NCBI GenBank assembly: GCA_963725865.1
Contig: CAVSAC010000012.1
Coordinates: 448,001-512,000, forward strand
Reading direction: 5' to 3'
From: Candidatus Eiseniibacteriota bacterium
GTDB taxonomy: Bacteria; Eisenbacteria; RBG-16-71-46
DNA length: 64,000 bases
The notes beneath the pieces were generated by a model. It was not told the DNA's origin. It saw only the letters and a program-made list of their open reading frames with translations, and made no database searches. The position numbers and the translations under genes are program-made. Positions within the stretch are counted from its first letter, which is position 1, and each line of letters opens with the position of its first letter. Shown here one piece after another: positions 9,575-18,753 of this stretch.

Positions 9575-9682
9575 CTAGGCCAGGGGTGACCTCATGGCGC
9601 GCGCGTCGATGCCCGGACTCGCGTGCTCCCGCAGGAGGGCGCGACAACAGCGACAGGCTCCGAAGACATGCATGGGGCGCAT
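9575..9682 (-). CDS. Putative 35-aa Cys-containing leader peptide
   Basis: Hand translation [39 protein letters not shown] is encoded TGT CGC TGT TGT; the stop lies about 27 nt before the hairpin. Confidence 0.4.
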   Translation of the reverse strand: MRPMHVFGACRCCRALLREHASPGIDARAMRSPLA

Positions 9683-9912
9683 GGGCTTCCCGAGGCTGAA
9701 CCGATCGAGCCGACCGGCGGGCCCGCGCGCGATCCTGGCTCACGCGTGCGGTTGCGCTGTGGATGCGGGCCGGGGCCGCACGGGTTCGCGAGGATTCCCG
9801 GCGGTCGTCACATCGTTCGCCCGGACGAACCACGGACCGCGTATACTTTCCCCCACTTCACGCGGTGGGGGACTCCCCCTCCGCATCGCGCGAACCGGCC
9901 AACGAAAGCCCC

Positions 9913-10512
9913 ATGACCCCTCGCAGCCCGGATCGACCTCGGCGTTCGGACCCCATCGCGACCGGCGGACAGCGGGGGCGCTCGGTGCCCTCCGACGAGC
10001 GCCGCGCCCTCGACGAGCTGTTCAGCGCCGCCTACGAGGAGCTGCGCCGGCTCGCCTCGAGTGTGCGGCGCGGCGACCCCTCCGCGACGCTCAGCCCGAC
10101 GGCCCTGGTCAACGAGGCGTGGCTCAAGTTGCGCGGCGCGCCCGAGGTGGCGCTCACGTCGCGGCTCCACTTCAAGCGCATCGCCGCCCGCGCGATGCGG
10201 CAGGTGCTGGTCGAGGCCGCGCGCCGCCGGCACGCGCGCAAGCGCGGCGGCCGCGACGCGGTGTTCGTGACGTTCGACGACTCGATCGGCGATGGGGCGA
10301 CGTGGGCGGCCGACCTGCTGGGACTCGATACCGCGCTCGAGGAGCTGGCCCGGCTGCACCCGCGCCAGGCCGTCATGGTCGAGAGCCGCTTCTTCGGCGG
10401 GCTCGACGTCGCCGAGACCGCCGAGCTGCTCGGGATCTCCGAGGCCACCGTGCTGCGTGACTGGCGGGCCGCCAAGGCCTGGCTCGCTCACGAGCTGCGC
10501 GCGGCGCGCTGA
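9913..10512 (+). CDS. ECF sigma factor, kinase-associated type (TIGR02999/ECF43-like)
   Basis: YEELRRLA...TLSPTALVNEAWLKL...AMRQVLVEAARRR..KRGG...FFGGL...RDWRAAKAWL. Confidence 0.9.
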   Translation: MTPRSPDRPRRSDPIATGGQRGRSVPSDERRALDELFSAAYEELRRLASSVRRGDPSATLSPTALVNEAWLKLRGAPEVALTSRLHFKRIAARAMRQVLVEAARRRHARKRGGRDAVFVTFDDSIGDGATWAADLLGLDTALEELARLHPRQAVMVESRFFGGLDVAETAELLGISEATVLRDWRAAKAWLAHELRAAR

Positions 10513-10543
10513 CCGGACGATCGGCCGCGCGGAACGCACCGAC

Positions 10544-13231
10544 ATGGACCCCGGACGCTGGGAACGGATCCAGGCCCTGTTCCACGAGGCCCTCGAGCGG
10601 CCGGCGGAGGAGCAGCGCGCGTTCCTCGCGGCGCGCTGCGCCGACGATCCCACGCTGGTGGCGGCGGTGCTCGACCTGCTCGCGGAGGACGCCCGCGCCG
10701 ACTCGCTGCTCGACCGCGGGCTCGTGGAGGTCGCCGACCGCGTCCTCGAGCACGACGCCGCGCCGGCGGTGCCGCGCCGGATCGGGCCGTACGATCTCGG
10801 CGAGGTGCTCGGCGAGGGCGGCATGGGGGTGGTGTTCCTCGCCGAGCGGAGCGACCTCGAGAGCCGCTTCGCGATCAAGGTGCTGCGCGACGCGTGGCTC
10901 TCGCCCGCGCGGCGCGAGCGCTTCGCCAGCGAGCAGCGCACGCTCGCGCAACTCGACCATCCCTCGATCGCGCGAATCTGCGACGCCGACACGCTGCCCG
11001 ACGGCACGCCCTGGTTCGCGATGGAGTACGTCGACGGCGTGCCGATCTCCCGCTACTGCGCGGTGCACGACTGCCCGGTCCCGGAGATCCTCGCGCTGTT
11101 CCGCGGGGTGTGCGAGGCGGTGCTCCACGCGCACCAGCACGCGGTGGTCCACCGCGACCTGAAGCCCTCGAACATCCTGGTCACGCCCGCCGGCCGCGTG
11201 AAGCTGCTCGACTTCGGCATCGCCAAGCAGCTCGAGGCGCTGAATACCAGCGCGGACGCGACCCGCACCGAGATGCGCCTGATGACCCCGGCCTACGCCG
11301 CGCCGGAGCAGATCCAGGGCGGGCGCATCGGCGTGCACACCGACGTGTGGGCGCTCGGCGTGCTCCTGTACGAGCTGCTGACCGGGGCTCCGCCCTTCGA
11401 CCTCGCGCGCCGCACGCCCGAGGAGGCGGCGCGCATCGTGGTGGAGCAGTCGCCCGAGAAACCCTCGGTCGTGGCGCGCCGGCCGGCGGCCGGTGGCGCC
11501 GCGGGCGCGACCGCGCGGGCACGGCGCGCGGCGTCGTGGCCCGATCTCGACGTGATCTGCCTGACCGCGATGCAGAAGGATCCGGCGCGGCGCTACCGGA
11601 CCGTGGACTCGCTGATCCGCGACCTCGACCACTACCTCGCCGGCGAGCCGCTCGAGGCGCGCCCCGACACCATCCGCTACCGCACGGGCAAGTTCCTGCG
11701 CCGCCACTGGCGCGCGGTGGCGACGGTGACCGCCTCGGTGCTCGCGATCGTCGCGCTGGTGGCGTTCTACACCACGCGGCTGGCGGCAGCCCGCAACGCG
11801 GCGGTGGCGGAGGCGCGGCGCACCCAACGCATCCAGCAGTTCATGAGCAGCCTGTTCGAGGGTGGGGACGAGTCGGCCGGGCCGCCCGAGAGCCTGCGCG
11901 TCGTCACGCTGCTCGAGCGCGGCATCGAGGAGTCCCGCACGCTGGTCGGCGAGCCGCTGGTGCACGCGGAGCTGCTGCAGACGCTGGGCGACATCTACGA
12001 GAAGCTCGGCGACTTCGACCGCGCGGACTCTCTGCTGACCGTCGCGCTGGCCGAGCGGCGCGCGCGCGGGCGGGCGGCGGACGCCGACGTCGCCCGCAAC
12101 CTGGTCGCGCTCGCGCTGGTGCGCGTGGACCAGTCGCGGCTCGAAGAGGCCGAGAAGCTGACGCGCGAGGGCCTGGCCATGAGCCGGCGCGCGTGGCCCG
12201 TCGATCCGGCCGCGGTCGCGCGGGCCACCACCGAGCTGGGCCAGGTGCTCAACGCGCGCGCGCGCTACGACGACGGGATCGCGGTGCTCACCGAGGCCGC
12301 GCGGCTGGACTCCGCCGCGCACCTGCCCGCCAGCGATCTGTCCGCCACGCTCACCGAGCTGGCGAACGGCCACTACTACGCCGGGCACTACGCGATCTCC
12401 GACTCCATCAACCGGCGGGTGCTGGCGATCGACCGGGTGCTCTACGGCCCCCGTCACCCGAACGTCGCGAGCGACCTCGTCAACCTCGGCGCGATCCAGC
12501 AGGAGATGGGGCGCTACCCGGCGGCGGAGCAGCGCTTCCGCGAGGCGCTCGCGATCTACCGCAACTGGTACGGCGACGAGCACTACGAGACGGCATCGAT
12601 GCTCACCATGATCGGTCGCGCGCTGATCCCGCAGCACCGGATCCCGGAGGCGACCGCGGCGCTCCAGCGCTCGCTGGCGATCCGCGAGCGCGTGTTCGGT
12701 CCGAATCACCCGAGCGTGGCCTCGACGCTGAACGAGCTGGGCCGGGTCGCGCAGTCGCAGGGCCGGCTCGACGAGGCGGAGGCGGACTTCCGGCGCGTGG
12801 TCGCCATCTACCGGGCGACCTACGACGACAAGCACCCGTTCATCGGGGTCGCGCTCTCGAACCTGGGAGGGGTCTATTTCGATCGCGGCGACTTCCGGGG
12901 CGCCGAGCGGCTGTTCCGCGACGTGCTGCGGCGCTACGCCGAATCGCTGCCGCCCGACCATCTCAGCGTGGGCATCACGCGCGTTCGCCTCGGCCGCGCG
13001 CTGCTGCGGGAGCGACGCTACGCCGAGGCCGAGCGCGAGACCCTGGCCGGCTACCGGATCGTCGCGAAGAACAGCGATCCCTCGGCGGCCTACCTGCACA
13101 GCGCGCGGGTCGACCTGATCGAGGAGTACGACGCGCTGGAGCAGCCCGCGCAGGCCGCGCACTATCGTGAGGAGCTGCGCCGCGCCGACGCGGCCGCGGG
13201 GTCCACCGCCAGCTCGACCGCCAGCCGGTAG
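10544..13231 (+). CDS. Ser/Thr protein kinase with TM helix and TPR repeats
   Basis: MDPGRWERIQALF start; GEGGMG, HRDLKPSN, DFG and YAAPE motifs; TM helix, then kinesin-light-chain-like TPRs (GPxHPxVA). Confidence 0.93.
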   Translation: MDPGRWERIQALFHEALERPAEEQRAFLAARCADDPTLVAAVLDLLAEDARADSLLDRGLVEVADRVLEHDAAPAVPRRIGPYDLGEVLGEGGMGVVFLAERSDLESRFAIKVLRDAWLSPARRERFASEQRTLAQLDHPSIARICDADTLPDGTPWFAMEYVDGVPISRYCAVHDCPVPEILALFRGVCEAVLHAHQHAVVHRDLKPSNILVTPAGRVKLLDFGIAKQLEALNTSADATRTEMRLMTPAYAAPEQIQGGRIGVHTDVWALGVLLYELLTGAPPFDLARRTPEEAARIVVEQSPEKPSVVARRPAAGGAAGATARARRAASWPDLDVICLTAMQKDPARRYRTVDSLIRDLDHYLAGEPLEARPDTIRYRTGKFLRRHWRAVATVTASVLAIVALVAFYTTRLAAARNAAVAEARRTQRIQQFMSSLFEGGDESAGPPESLRVVTLLERGIEESRTLVGEPLVHAELLQTLGDIYEKLGDFDRADSLLTVALAERRARGRAADADVARNLVALALVRVDQSRLEEAEKLTREGLAMSRRAWPVDPAAVARATTELGQVLNARARYDDGIAVLTEAARLDSAAHLPASDLSATLTELANGHYYAGHYAISDSINRRVLAIDRVLYGPRHPNVASDLVNLGAIQQEMGRYPAAEQRFREALAIYRNWYGDEHYETASMLTMIGRALIPQHRIPEATAALQRSLAIRERVFGPNHPSVASTLNELGRVAQSQGRLDEAEADFRRVVAIYRATYDDKHPFIGVALSNLGGVYFDRGDFRGAERLFRDVLRRYAESLPPDHLSVGITRVRLGRALLRERRYAEAERETLAGYRIVAKNSDPSAAYLHSARVDLIEEYDALEQPAQAAHYREELRRADAAAGSTASSTASR

Positions 13232-13240
13232 GCTCCGCGC

Positions 13241-13897
13241 CTACCGGAACACCAGCTGCGCGCGCTGGTCGGGGCCCGACTCGAACGTGACCCAGAACAG
13301 CGTCCCGGGCACCACCTGGCCGAGCGAGTCGCGTCCGCTCCAGAACGAGGTGATCGACCCGGCCGGCATCCACCCGTTGGCCAGGAAACGCACGTGGTCG
13401 CCCTTCACGTCGCGGATGCGCACGCGGACCAACTCGGAGTCCGGCACTTCGTAGTGGTACGTGCTGCCGGTGGCGCCGAGCGGGTTCGGGGTGGGGAAGA
13501 TATCGCCCGCGGACGCGAGCCGCAGCGTGTCGGCCGAGACCACGTCGTAGGTGGCGATCGTCAGCACCGTGGTCTGATCGAGCACGGGCCCGAAGATGTC
13601 GCTGCGCGCGACGTACGTCCCGGGCCGCAGGCCCTCGAACCGGTACTTGCCGCGGACGGTCGTCGTCCGCGCCACCACCTGCGTGGCGCCGAGCAGCGCG
13701 ACCGGGACGCCGTCGGCGTCGGCGACCACGCGCGTGCCGAGGAACGTACCGTCGGCCGCGGTGACGTAGCCGATCAGGACGACGCTGCCCGAGAGCGCGT
13801 GCACGCTGGGCCGGACGGGGTCGTCCCTGGAGGAGCAGCCGGCGAGGGAGAGCGCGCCCACCAGCAGCAGGGTCCCGAGGATTCGTGTTCGATCCAT
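13241..13897 (-). CDS. Lipoprotein with carboxypeptidase-regulatory-like and FlgD-Ig-like domains
   Basis: Lipobox LAGC; C-terminal PNP...VRIRDVKG...WSGRDSLGQVV.G motif. Confidence 0.75.
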   Translation of the reverse strand: MDRTRILGTLLLVGALSLAGCSSRDDPVRPSVHALSGSVVLIGYVTAADGTFLGTRVVADADGVPVALLGATQVVARTTTVRGKYRFEGLRPGTYVARSDIFGPVLDQTTVLTIATYDVVSADTLRLASAGDIFPTPNPLGATGSTYHYEVPDSELVRVRIRDVKGDHVRFLANGWMPAGSITSFWSGRDSLGQVVPGTLFWVTFESGPDQRAQLVFR

Positions 13898-14066
13898 GGC
13901 GGCTCCTTCGCCGCACCGCATCCCGGGAACGGTGGCGTGCGCGGGACGCTAGCACCGCCGCCCGCCGCCGTCGAGGGTCGACGCGCGTGCGGTCGCGCGC
14001 GTCCCGTGCTCGCGCCGCGGCGCCGGATCCCCGGGGGCGACGCGCGGTCCGCCGCCGCGGATCCGC

Positions 14067-17000
14067 TCAGCGCAGGCGCACGATGCGACGCACCAGCCGC
14101 TGGTCGTCGACCCGGACCACCGCCCAGAATGTCCCCGCGCCGGCGTCGCCGCGCACGAGGTTGCGGCCGTCCCACGCGAGCCGGTGCACGCCGGCCTCCA
14201 GCCGCGCGATGGGCTGGCGGGCGATGCAGCGGCCCGAGACGTCGAACATCTCGAAGCGCACGTCGGCCGCCCGTGGCAGCGCGAGCGACAGCTCGAGCGT
14301 GCCCTGGCAGGGATTGCGCAGCGCCTGCAGCGTCAGCGCGCTCGGCGGCGGCGTGCGGTCCACGCCCACGGTCGAGGTCGCGAGTGTCCCGGTCGCCATC
14401 GAGACGGGAGCCGAGCGCCCGTTCGCCGACCACGCGTTGTAGAGCGTCTGGCCCGCGGTGTTGGTCACGTTCGCCGACTGCAGGAACTCCACGTAGTCCT
14501 TCGACGTGGTCTGGTAGTAGAGCGTGGCGCTCACCGAGGCCGCACCGGCCGGGATCGCGTAGCTCGAGAGGTCGTAGTTCTGCCCATCCGGGTAGCGCGG
14601 GGCGGGGCCCTGCGGGTCCACCGGCCGGCCGCCGAACACGTCGTACGCCGCGTTCGAGAACCCGAGCGGCGGGATGCGGTTGTCCTTGTAGATCGAGTCG
14701 TTCAGCGCGAAGTGGAAGCTCGGTCCTGATGCCAGTCCGAGCAGCGTCGAGGTCCCCGACGAGATCCCGAGCTGCGCCTCGTAGACGCGCGCCTGCGGGC
14801 CCGGGGTCAGGATGCCGGTCACCGAGTCGTAGGCGCACGAGTGGTAGATCACCTGCCCGCCGCCGTCGCGCGCGACCACGTCGATCCACATGCGGCGCCC
14901 TTCCGGGTAGCCGGTGGGCAGCTTGTGACCGGTGCGGTTGGTGATGCGCACGGTGGCGCGGAAGCTGTCGGCCTCGGCCGCCAGCAGCAACTCGAGACTC
15001 GCGGCCTTCTGCAGCGTCGAGACCGCGCGCGCCGAACCCGCCCCGAGTGCCGCGGCGTCGGTCTCGGTCGGATAGAGCGTGGCGATCACCGGGCCCATCC
15101 ACGCGTTGCCGCCGGTCAGGTCGTGCAGCGGCAGGTTGTCGCGTACCGGGGCCGAGGCGCTGTTGCAGCCCTTGCCGGTGACGGAGCGCATGTGGCAGTC
15201 CTGGCACGACGAGACGATCCCGCCGGGCGCGTTGCCCGCGAGATCGGGCGCGAACACGCCGGTCGGGTACGCGCTGTTCTGCCATTCGCTGAACGTGCGC
15301 TCGAGCGGCATCAGCATGCTCGAGACGATCGAGTCCGCGGGCGCGTCCAGCGGACCCGGTGTGTAGCGGTCGGTGCCGACCCGCGTGTACACAGGATTCG
15401 AGACGTCGTGGCAGGTGCCGCACATCTCGCTGTGGGTGTGGAACGGCGACGCGATGAACTCGTGCGGCGAGGCGGCGTCCACGAACGGCCCGCGCGGCCG
15501 CGGCGTGGGATCCACCACGTACTGTCCGTTCGTATACGAGGTCGGCCGGTGCGAGGGCAGCAGTCCGTTGATCACCGCCTGGTCCTCGACCGGGCTCACG
15601 CCGGCGGTGTACTTGGGATCCACGAGGCGGTGGCAGAAGTCGCACGAGAGCCCCTCGCGGCCGAGCGCGTCGATGCGCGCTCCGCTGGTGGGCTGGCTCT
15701 TGCCGGTCAGCCACGACATCGGCGCGTGGCAGCGGATGCACAGGTCGCCGGACGACGGGGCGTCCTGCTCCGCGAGCGCCAGGCAGGCGTAGAACAGCGG
15801 ATCGTGCGCAGCCTGCCCCATCATGATGCCGCGGAAGTTGCGACCCGGCTCGACCGCGGGATCGTAGCCCGAGTGGCAGGTGTTGCACGTCGTCTGGCTC
15901 GAGAAGTCCCCGCCGCCGAACGGCTGGGTGCCCGGCATGAGGAAGTCGCGGAGCGTGGTCGGGGCGATCCCGCCCGGGGTCGCGGTGATGGCGAAGTCGG
16001 CGTTGCTGCTGTCGGCGGTCGCGTGGCCGTCCGCGTCGTGCGCCACCACGCGCACCCGTGCGTCGGCGCTCGGCGTGTTCTGCACGAACCAGTCGAATGT
16101 GCCGCTGTTCGGGATCCCCATCGCGAGCGCGGTCCAAGGCGAGCTCGCGTGGTCCTTGTAGAACAGGTCGATCGCCGTCACGCCCACGTCGTCGGTCGCG
16201 GACCAGGTCACCGGGTGCGACGAGCCGCCCACCCAGCTCTCGCCGCCGTTCGGCGCGGTGAGCACCACGACCGGGCTCGCGCTCACCGGCTGCCAGTCGC
16301 CGCCCCCGAAGTCGTCGAGGTGCGACTGGAACGCGCCGTCGAGCGTCAACCCGATGCGGCCGCCCGCGGCGGCGTACGCCCAGCCGGTCACCGAGGCGGT
16401 GCCCGCCTTCACGCCGTTGCGGAACACGTCGACGGTGCCGTCCGACAGCGCCCGCGCGCCCAGCTGGTCGCCGGCCTGGTACTGCACCGAGATGAGGCCG
16501 CGGTCCACCCAGCCGAACGCCGGGTCGAACGTCGCGATCGAGACGTGCGGGAACGAGTCGTCGTAGCGCACCTCGATGTGCGCGGAGGTGTAGGCGGTGC
16601 CCTGCACCTTGAGCATCAGGTCGTGCTCGGGCGCGCCGGCGGTGATGGTGCTCAGCGTGACGTAGGCCTCCTGGTCGGGGCCGAACGTCCCGCCGTTCCA
16701 CACCGGCGTGGCGTAGCAGCACGTCTGAGTGAGCTGGTTCTGCGAGACGAACAGCCCGGTGGTACCCAGCCACGGCGCGCCGAGCGCGCCGTCGGCGCGG
16801 TTGAAGTCGTCGAGCACGGACGTGGTGGGGAACGACCCGGCGGCTCCGACCGTGATCACGAGGTTCGAGGTCGACTGACCGCCACGGTTGTCACGCACCG
16901 TCAGCACCGCGGTGTACGGGCCGGCCGTCAGGTAGACGTGCGTGGGGCTCTGGAGGTTCGAGGTGCCGCCGTCGCCGAACGTCCAGGAATAGGTCATCGG

Positions 17001-18485
17001 GTCGCCCTCGGGGTCGAAGCTGTCGGCGCCCGAGAACGCCACCGTCAGCGGCGCGGGGCCGCTGGTGGGCAGCGCCGTCGCCTGCGCGACCGGGATGCCG
17101 TTGCCGCCGGGAGCGCCGGTGTAGCGGATGCGGCGGATCTCGCCGGTGGAGATCGACGCGTAATACAGGTTGCCGTCGAGCGGATTGCGCTCGAGGTCCA
17201 CCGGGGCGTCCATGTCGGTGCCGAAGTCCTGGTACGAGATGACGTGGTCCTGGTTGCTGAACGTGGCGACGCGGATCCAGCCGCCGCCGTAGTCGGCGAA
17301 GAAGTAGCGGCCGCGGTACTCGCCGGGATAGAGCGTGTCGGTGTAGAACACGCCGCCGACCGACGCGACCCCGTAGACGCCCGGCGGCACGCTGAGCGCC
17401 GGCGAGCTGTGGTGCCAGACGCTGACCGGCTTGGACCACGTCGAGGGGTTGGTCGCGGAGCCGACGCTGCCGCACCCGTTGTGCGCCGGCGTCGCGGCCT
17501 GGTAGGCGGGCTGGGGATTGAAGCCCTCGACGCACGGCCAGCCGAAGTTCATGCCGGGCCCGGTGGCGACGTTCATCTCCTCCCAGGTGCCCCAGCCCAC
17601 CTCGCCGATGTAGAGCGTCCCGACGTTCGCGGCCGAGGTGTCGGTGCTGCCGGTGCCGGGGCGGACCGTGAAGCGGAATGGATTGCGCAGCCCGTACTCC
17701 CACACCCGCGAGCGCGCCGACATGAGATCGCCGTCGTGGAACGGGTTGCTCATGTAGCCGTGCCCGTTCGCCGGGTTGATGCGCAGGATCTTGCCGCACA
17801 GGTTCGTGATGTCCTGCGAGCGGAACGCGCCGATGTCCTCGTTCGGGTCGGTGCGCGTGGGGCCGAACGCCGCGGGCTGCAGCCCGCCCGGATCCATGAC
17901 GTTGAAGTCGGCGCCCTCGCCGGCGGAGACCAGCAGGCTGCCGTCGCGCGCCCAGCGCAGCGATCCGATGCTGTGTGAGAGTCCGGCGTCGAGCTTGCCG
18001 TGCCGCCAATCCACGCCCATCAGGATGGTGCGCGAGGCGGGATCGACCGTGTTGGTGTCGCCGCTGGCGCGCATGGTGTAGCGGGTCAGGCGGCTGAACG
18101 CGAGCGTGTTGTTGTCGACGCCGTTGGTGTCGGGATCCACCGAGTACAGAAAGTAGACGAAGTGGTTCTGGAAAAACTTCGGATCGACCGCGATGCCGAG
18201 CAGCCCGCGGTCGCCGATGTTGAGCACCTCGTTGGAGCCGTCCCAGACCGGACTCGCGAGTCGCGCGCCATTGCGCACCATCCACGCCACGCCGCCCTGC
18301 TCGCACACGATGAAGCGTCCGTCGGGCAGGAACGCGAGCGCGACCGGGAACGCGAACGCCGCTCCCGACACCGAGCTCTCGACCACGAATCCGGAGGGGA
18401 CCGAGACGGCGCGAGCGGTGGGAACGACGGCGAGCGCGGTCCACGCAGCGAGCAGCGCCACGGGCAGCAGGCGTCGGCTGGACAA
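14067..18485 (-). CDS. Secreted PQQ-dependent sugar dehydrogenase-like propeller + PKD + Ig-like + pentaheme cytochrome c + FlgD-like tail
   Basis: TTG start with GAGGAG RBS and a signal peptide (..ARA/). GSDH motifs (GLLGIAVDP, GKILRINP, YGLRNPFR, NFGWP), PKD motif WTFGDG, five CXXCH (CNTCH, CIRCH, CDFCH, CGTCH, CQDCH), and a C-terminal FDVSGR...WDGR tail. Confidence 0.85.
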   Translation of the reverse strand: MSSRRLLPVALLAAWTALAVVPTARAVSVPSGFVVESSVSGAAFAFPVALAFLPDGRFIVCEQGGVAWMVRNGARLASPVWDGSNEVLNIGDRGLLGIAVDPKFFQNHFVYFLYSVDPDTNGVDNNTLAFSRLTRYTMRASGDTNTVDPASRTILMGVDWRHGKLDAGLSHSIGSLRWARDGSLLVSAGEGADFNVMDPGGLQPAAFGPTRTDPNEDIGAFRSQDITNLCGKILRINPANGHGYMSNPFHDGDLMSARSRVWEYGLRNPFRFTVRPGTGSTDTSAANVGTLYIGEVGWGTWEEMNVATGPGMNFGWPCVEGFNPQPAYQAATPAHNGCGSVGSATNPSTWSKPVSVWHHSSPALSVPPGVYGVASVGGVFYTDTLYPGEYRGRYFFADYGGGWIRVATFSNQDHVISYQDFGTDMDAPVDLERNPLDGNLYYASISTGEIRRIRYTGAPGGNGIPVAQATALPTSGPAPLTVAFSGADSFDPEGDPMTYSWTFGDGGTSNLQSPTHVYLTAGPYTAVLTVRDNRGGQSTSNLVITVGAAGSFPTTSVLDDFNRADGALGAPWLGTTGLFVSQNQLTQTCCYATPVWNGGTFGPDQEAYVTLSTITAGAPEHDLMLKVQGTAYTSAHIEVRYDDSFPHVSIATFDPAFGWVDRGLISVQYQAGDQLGARALSDGTVDVFRNGVKAGTASVTGWAYAAAGGRIGLTLDGAFQSHLDDFGGGDWQPVSASPVVVLTAPNGGESWVGGSSHPVTWSATDDVGVTAIDLFYKDHASSPWTALAMGIPNSGTFDWFVQNTPSADARVRVVAHDADGHATADSSNADFAITATPGGIAPTTLRDFLMPGTQPFGGGDFSSQTTCNTCHSGYDPAVEPGRNFRGIMMGQAAHDPLFYACLALAEQDAPSSGDLCIRCHAPMSWLTGKSQPTSGARIDALGREGLSCDFCHRLVDPKYTAGVSPVEDQAVINGLLPSHRPTSYTNGQYVVDPTPRPRGPFVDAASPHEFIASPFHTHSEMCGTCHDVSNPVYTRVGTDRYTPGPLDAPADSIVSSMLMPLERTFSEWQNSAYPTGVFAPDLAGNAPGGIVSSCQDCHMRSVTGKGCNSASAPVRDNLPLHDLTGGNAWMGPVIATLYPTETDAAALGAGSARAVSTLQKAASLELLLAAEADSFRATVRITNRTGHKLPTGYPEGRRMWIDVVARDGGGQVIYHSCAYDSVTGILTPGPQARVYEAQLGISSGTSTLLGLASGPSFHFALNDSIYKDNRIPPLGFSNAAYDVFGGRPVDPQGPAPRYPDGQNYDLSSYAIPAGAASVSATLYYQTTSKDYVEFLQSANVTNTAGQTLYNAWSANGRSAPVSMATGTLATSTVGVDRTPPPSALTLQALRNPCQGTLELSLALPRAADVRFEMFDVSGRCIARQPIARLEAGVHRLAWDGRNLVRGDAGAGTFWAVVRVDDQRLVRRIVRLR

Positions 18486-18753
18486 GGGGGTTCTCCTCGG
18501 TCCTCGGGCCACGGATGAGCCTCGGGCGAGGAGTTGGACGACGAGGGCGGCCGGGGGCGTCCGATCCCTTCGTTCCGAGGCGCGGGATGCATCGACGATC
18601 GGGATCAAGCGTATCAGTCGCGCGGGGCGCCGGCCTAGGGGCATCGCGCCCAGCCGCGGGTGGAGCCGCCCGGCGCCGCCGTGGGCGCCTGGCGGAGCCC
18701 TGTCGCCCACCGGGCGTGCGCGGATCGGGGGCGTGCGCGCCTCGGGGCCTTGC

